From assembly GCA_019894975.1 (NCBI GenBank), contig JAGXNO010000061.1, positions 1 through 16,693 of the forward strand: a stretch of DNA of 16,693 nucleotides, written 5' to 3'. A model generated the notes under the pieces. It ran no database searches and was not told the DNA's origin. It saw nothing but the letters and a program-made list of their open reading frames with translations. Below, in pieces: positions 15,867 through 16,693 of the stretch. A program made the position numbers and the translations under genes. This stretch comes from Promethearchaeota archaeon (lineage in GTDB: Archaea > Asgardarchaeota > Lokiarchaeia > Sigyniarchaeales > SOKP01). Each line of letters starts with the position of its first letter. Position 1 is the first letter of the stretch.

Positions 15867-16693
15867 TTAAAAATCAGCACATAGAAACATAATAATTTCT
15901 TTTACAAATTTCTTAATATCTTTAAATCGAATAGATTCATTAACACCATGAGTATTAGAACCAGCACTAACTACCCCGCGAAGAATAATTTCTTGAGTAT
16001 TAAGAATTTGTGCAACAAACCCTACATCAAAAGTCATAGACATTCCCATCATCTGAATCCTTTCTTCAGGTATATTGTGTACTAATTGTATAACCTTTTT
16101 AACTCGTTGAATTTCTGGACTGTTGATATCTACTTTCAGAGGGGGGTAAGAGTAGTCAAACGAAATTTTTACATCTAATGCTTTACTTTTTGCTTTACCC
16201 TTTTCAATAGCATCAATTATTTCTTGTTTCACATCCTTTATATTTTCATCTGGTATTACTCGTCTGTTGATTGTGAGAACGCAATGATCAGGGATAATAT
16301 TTGATTTTTCACCAGCTTTAATAATATCTAGGTTAAATAAAGGTGTCATGTTGCGTTTTTCTTTATGGAAAACCAGGAATATCTTTACATTGACGTAATT
16401 CCACTTTTTTTTTAAGCTTCCTTAGTTCCACTAAAATCGGGATCATTTCTTCTAAAGCATTAACACCCAAAAGACTAAGACCAGAATGTGAACTTCTTCC
16501 AATAGTTGTAACTTCAACATCCAAGTTTCCTGCTGTTCCCATTAATATAATAGGTTCTATGGAATAATCCAGTGAAAAAATAGTTCCTTTTACATAATCT
16601 TTCTCTGTTAAATAGCGTATTCCTGGATAAAAACCAATTTCTTCATCAGTACAATTAAGGATTCGAATGTTATATTTAGGCATAAGATTTAAT
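15867..16693 (-). pseudogene. M20 family metallopeptidase/deacylase (ArgE/DapE-like), 5'-partial and frameshifted near 16350-16370
   Basis: CTDEEIG, GRSSHSG, GVNALE, NIIPDHC...INRRVIP, HGVNE motifs are split over two ORFs in different frames; the frame remains open past 16683 to the window edge. Confidence 0.75.

Noticed and set aside
1-16693. tRNA, rRNA, CRISPR array, IS element or integrase
   Set aside because: No cloverleaf, spaced direct repeats, terminal inverted repeats or recombinase motifs seen by eye

Overview
AT-rich archaeal DNA, most likely from an Asgard archaeon (Lokiarchaeia/Promethearchaeota); this is inferred from the archaeal-type r-proteins and a Loki-type EFWGHCSNLQAW-domain gene. 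Positions 162-9669 (minus strand) hold the archaeal S10/spc ribosomal cluster: uS19-uL22-uS3-uL29-Rpp29-uS17-uL14-uL24-eS4-uL5-uS14-uS8-uL6-eL32-eL19-uL18-uS5-uL30-uL15. The cluster starts at uS19, with no uL3/uL4/uL23/uL2 upstream and no aIF1 gene. uS14 was missed by the ORF track because its only plausible start is ATT. Right of the cluster are a ribokinase + cupin pair (-), a small two-TM protein that appears to start at ATA (+), and a 421-aa Loki-family protein (+). Next is a very AT-rich two-gene module: a proteasome-beta/Ntn-hydrolase-like gene split by a -1 frameshift at an A11 tract, followed by an unannotated 59-aa ORF. The window ends with a 2x[4Fe-4S] ferredoxin (+) and a frameshifted, partial M20 (ArgE/DapE) peptidase (-). 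The best candidates for new biology are the Ntn-hydrolase/small-protein module and the apparent use of AUU/AUA initiation.
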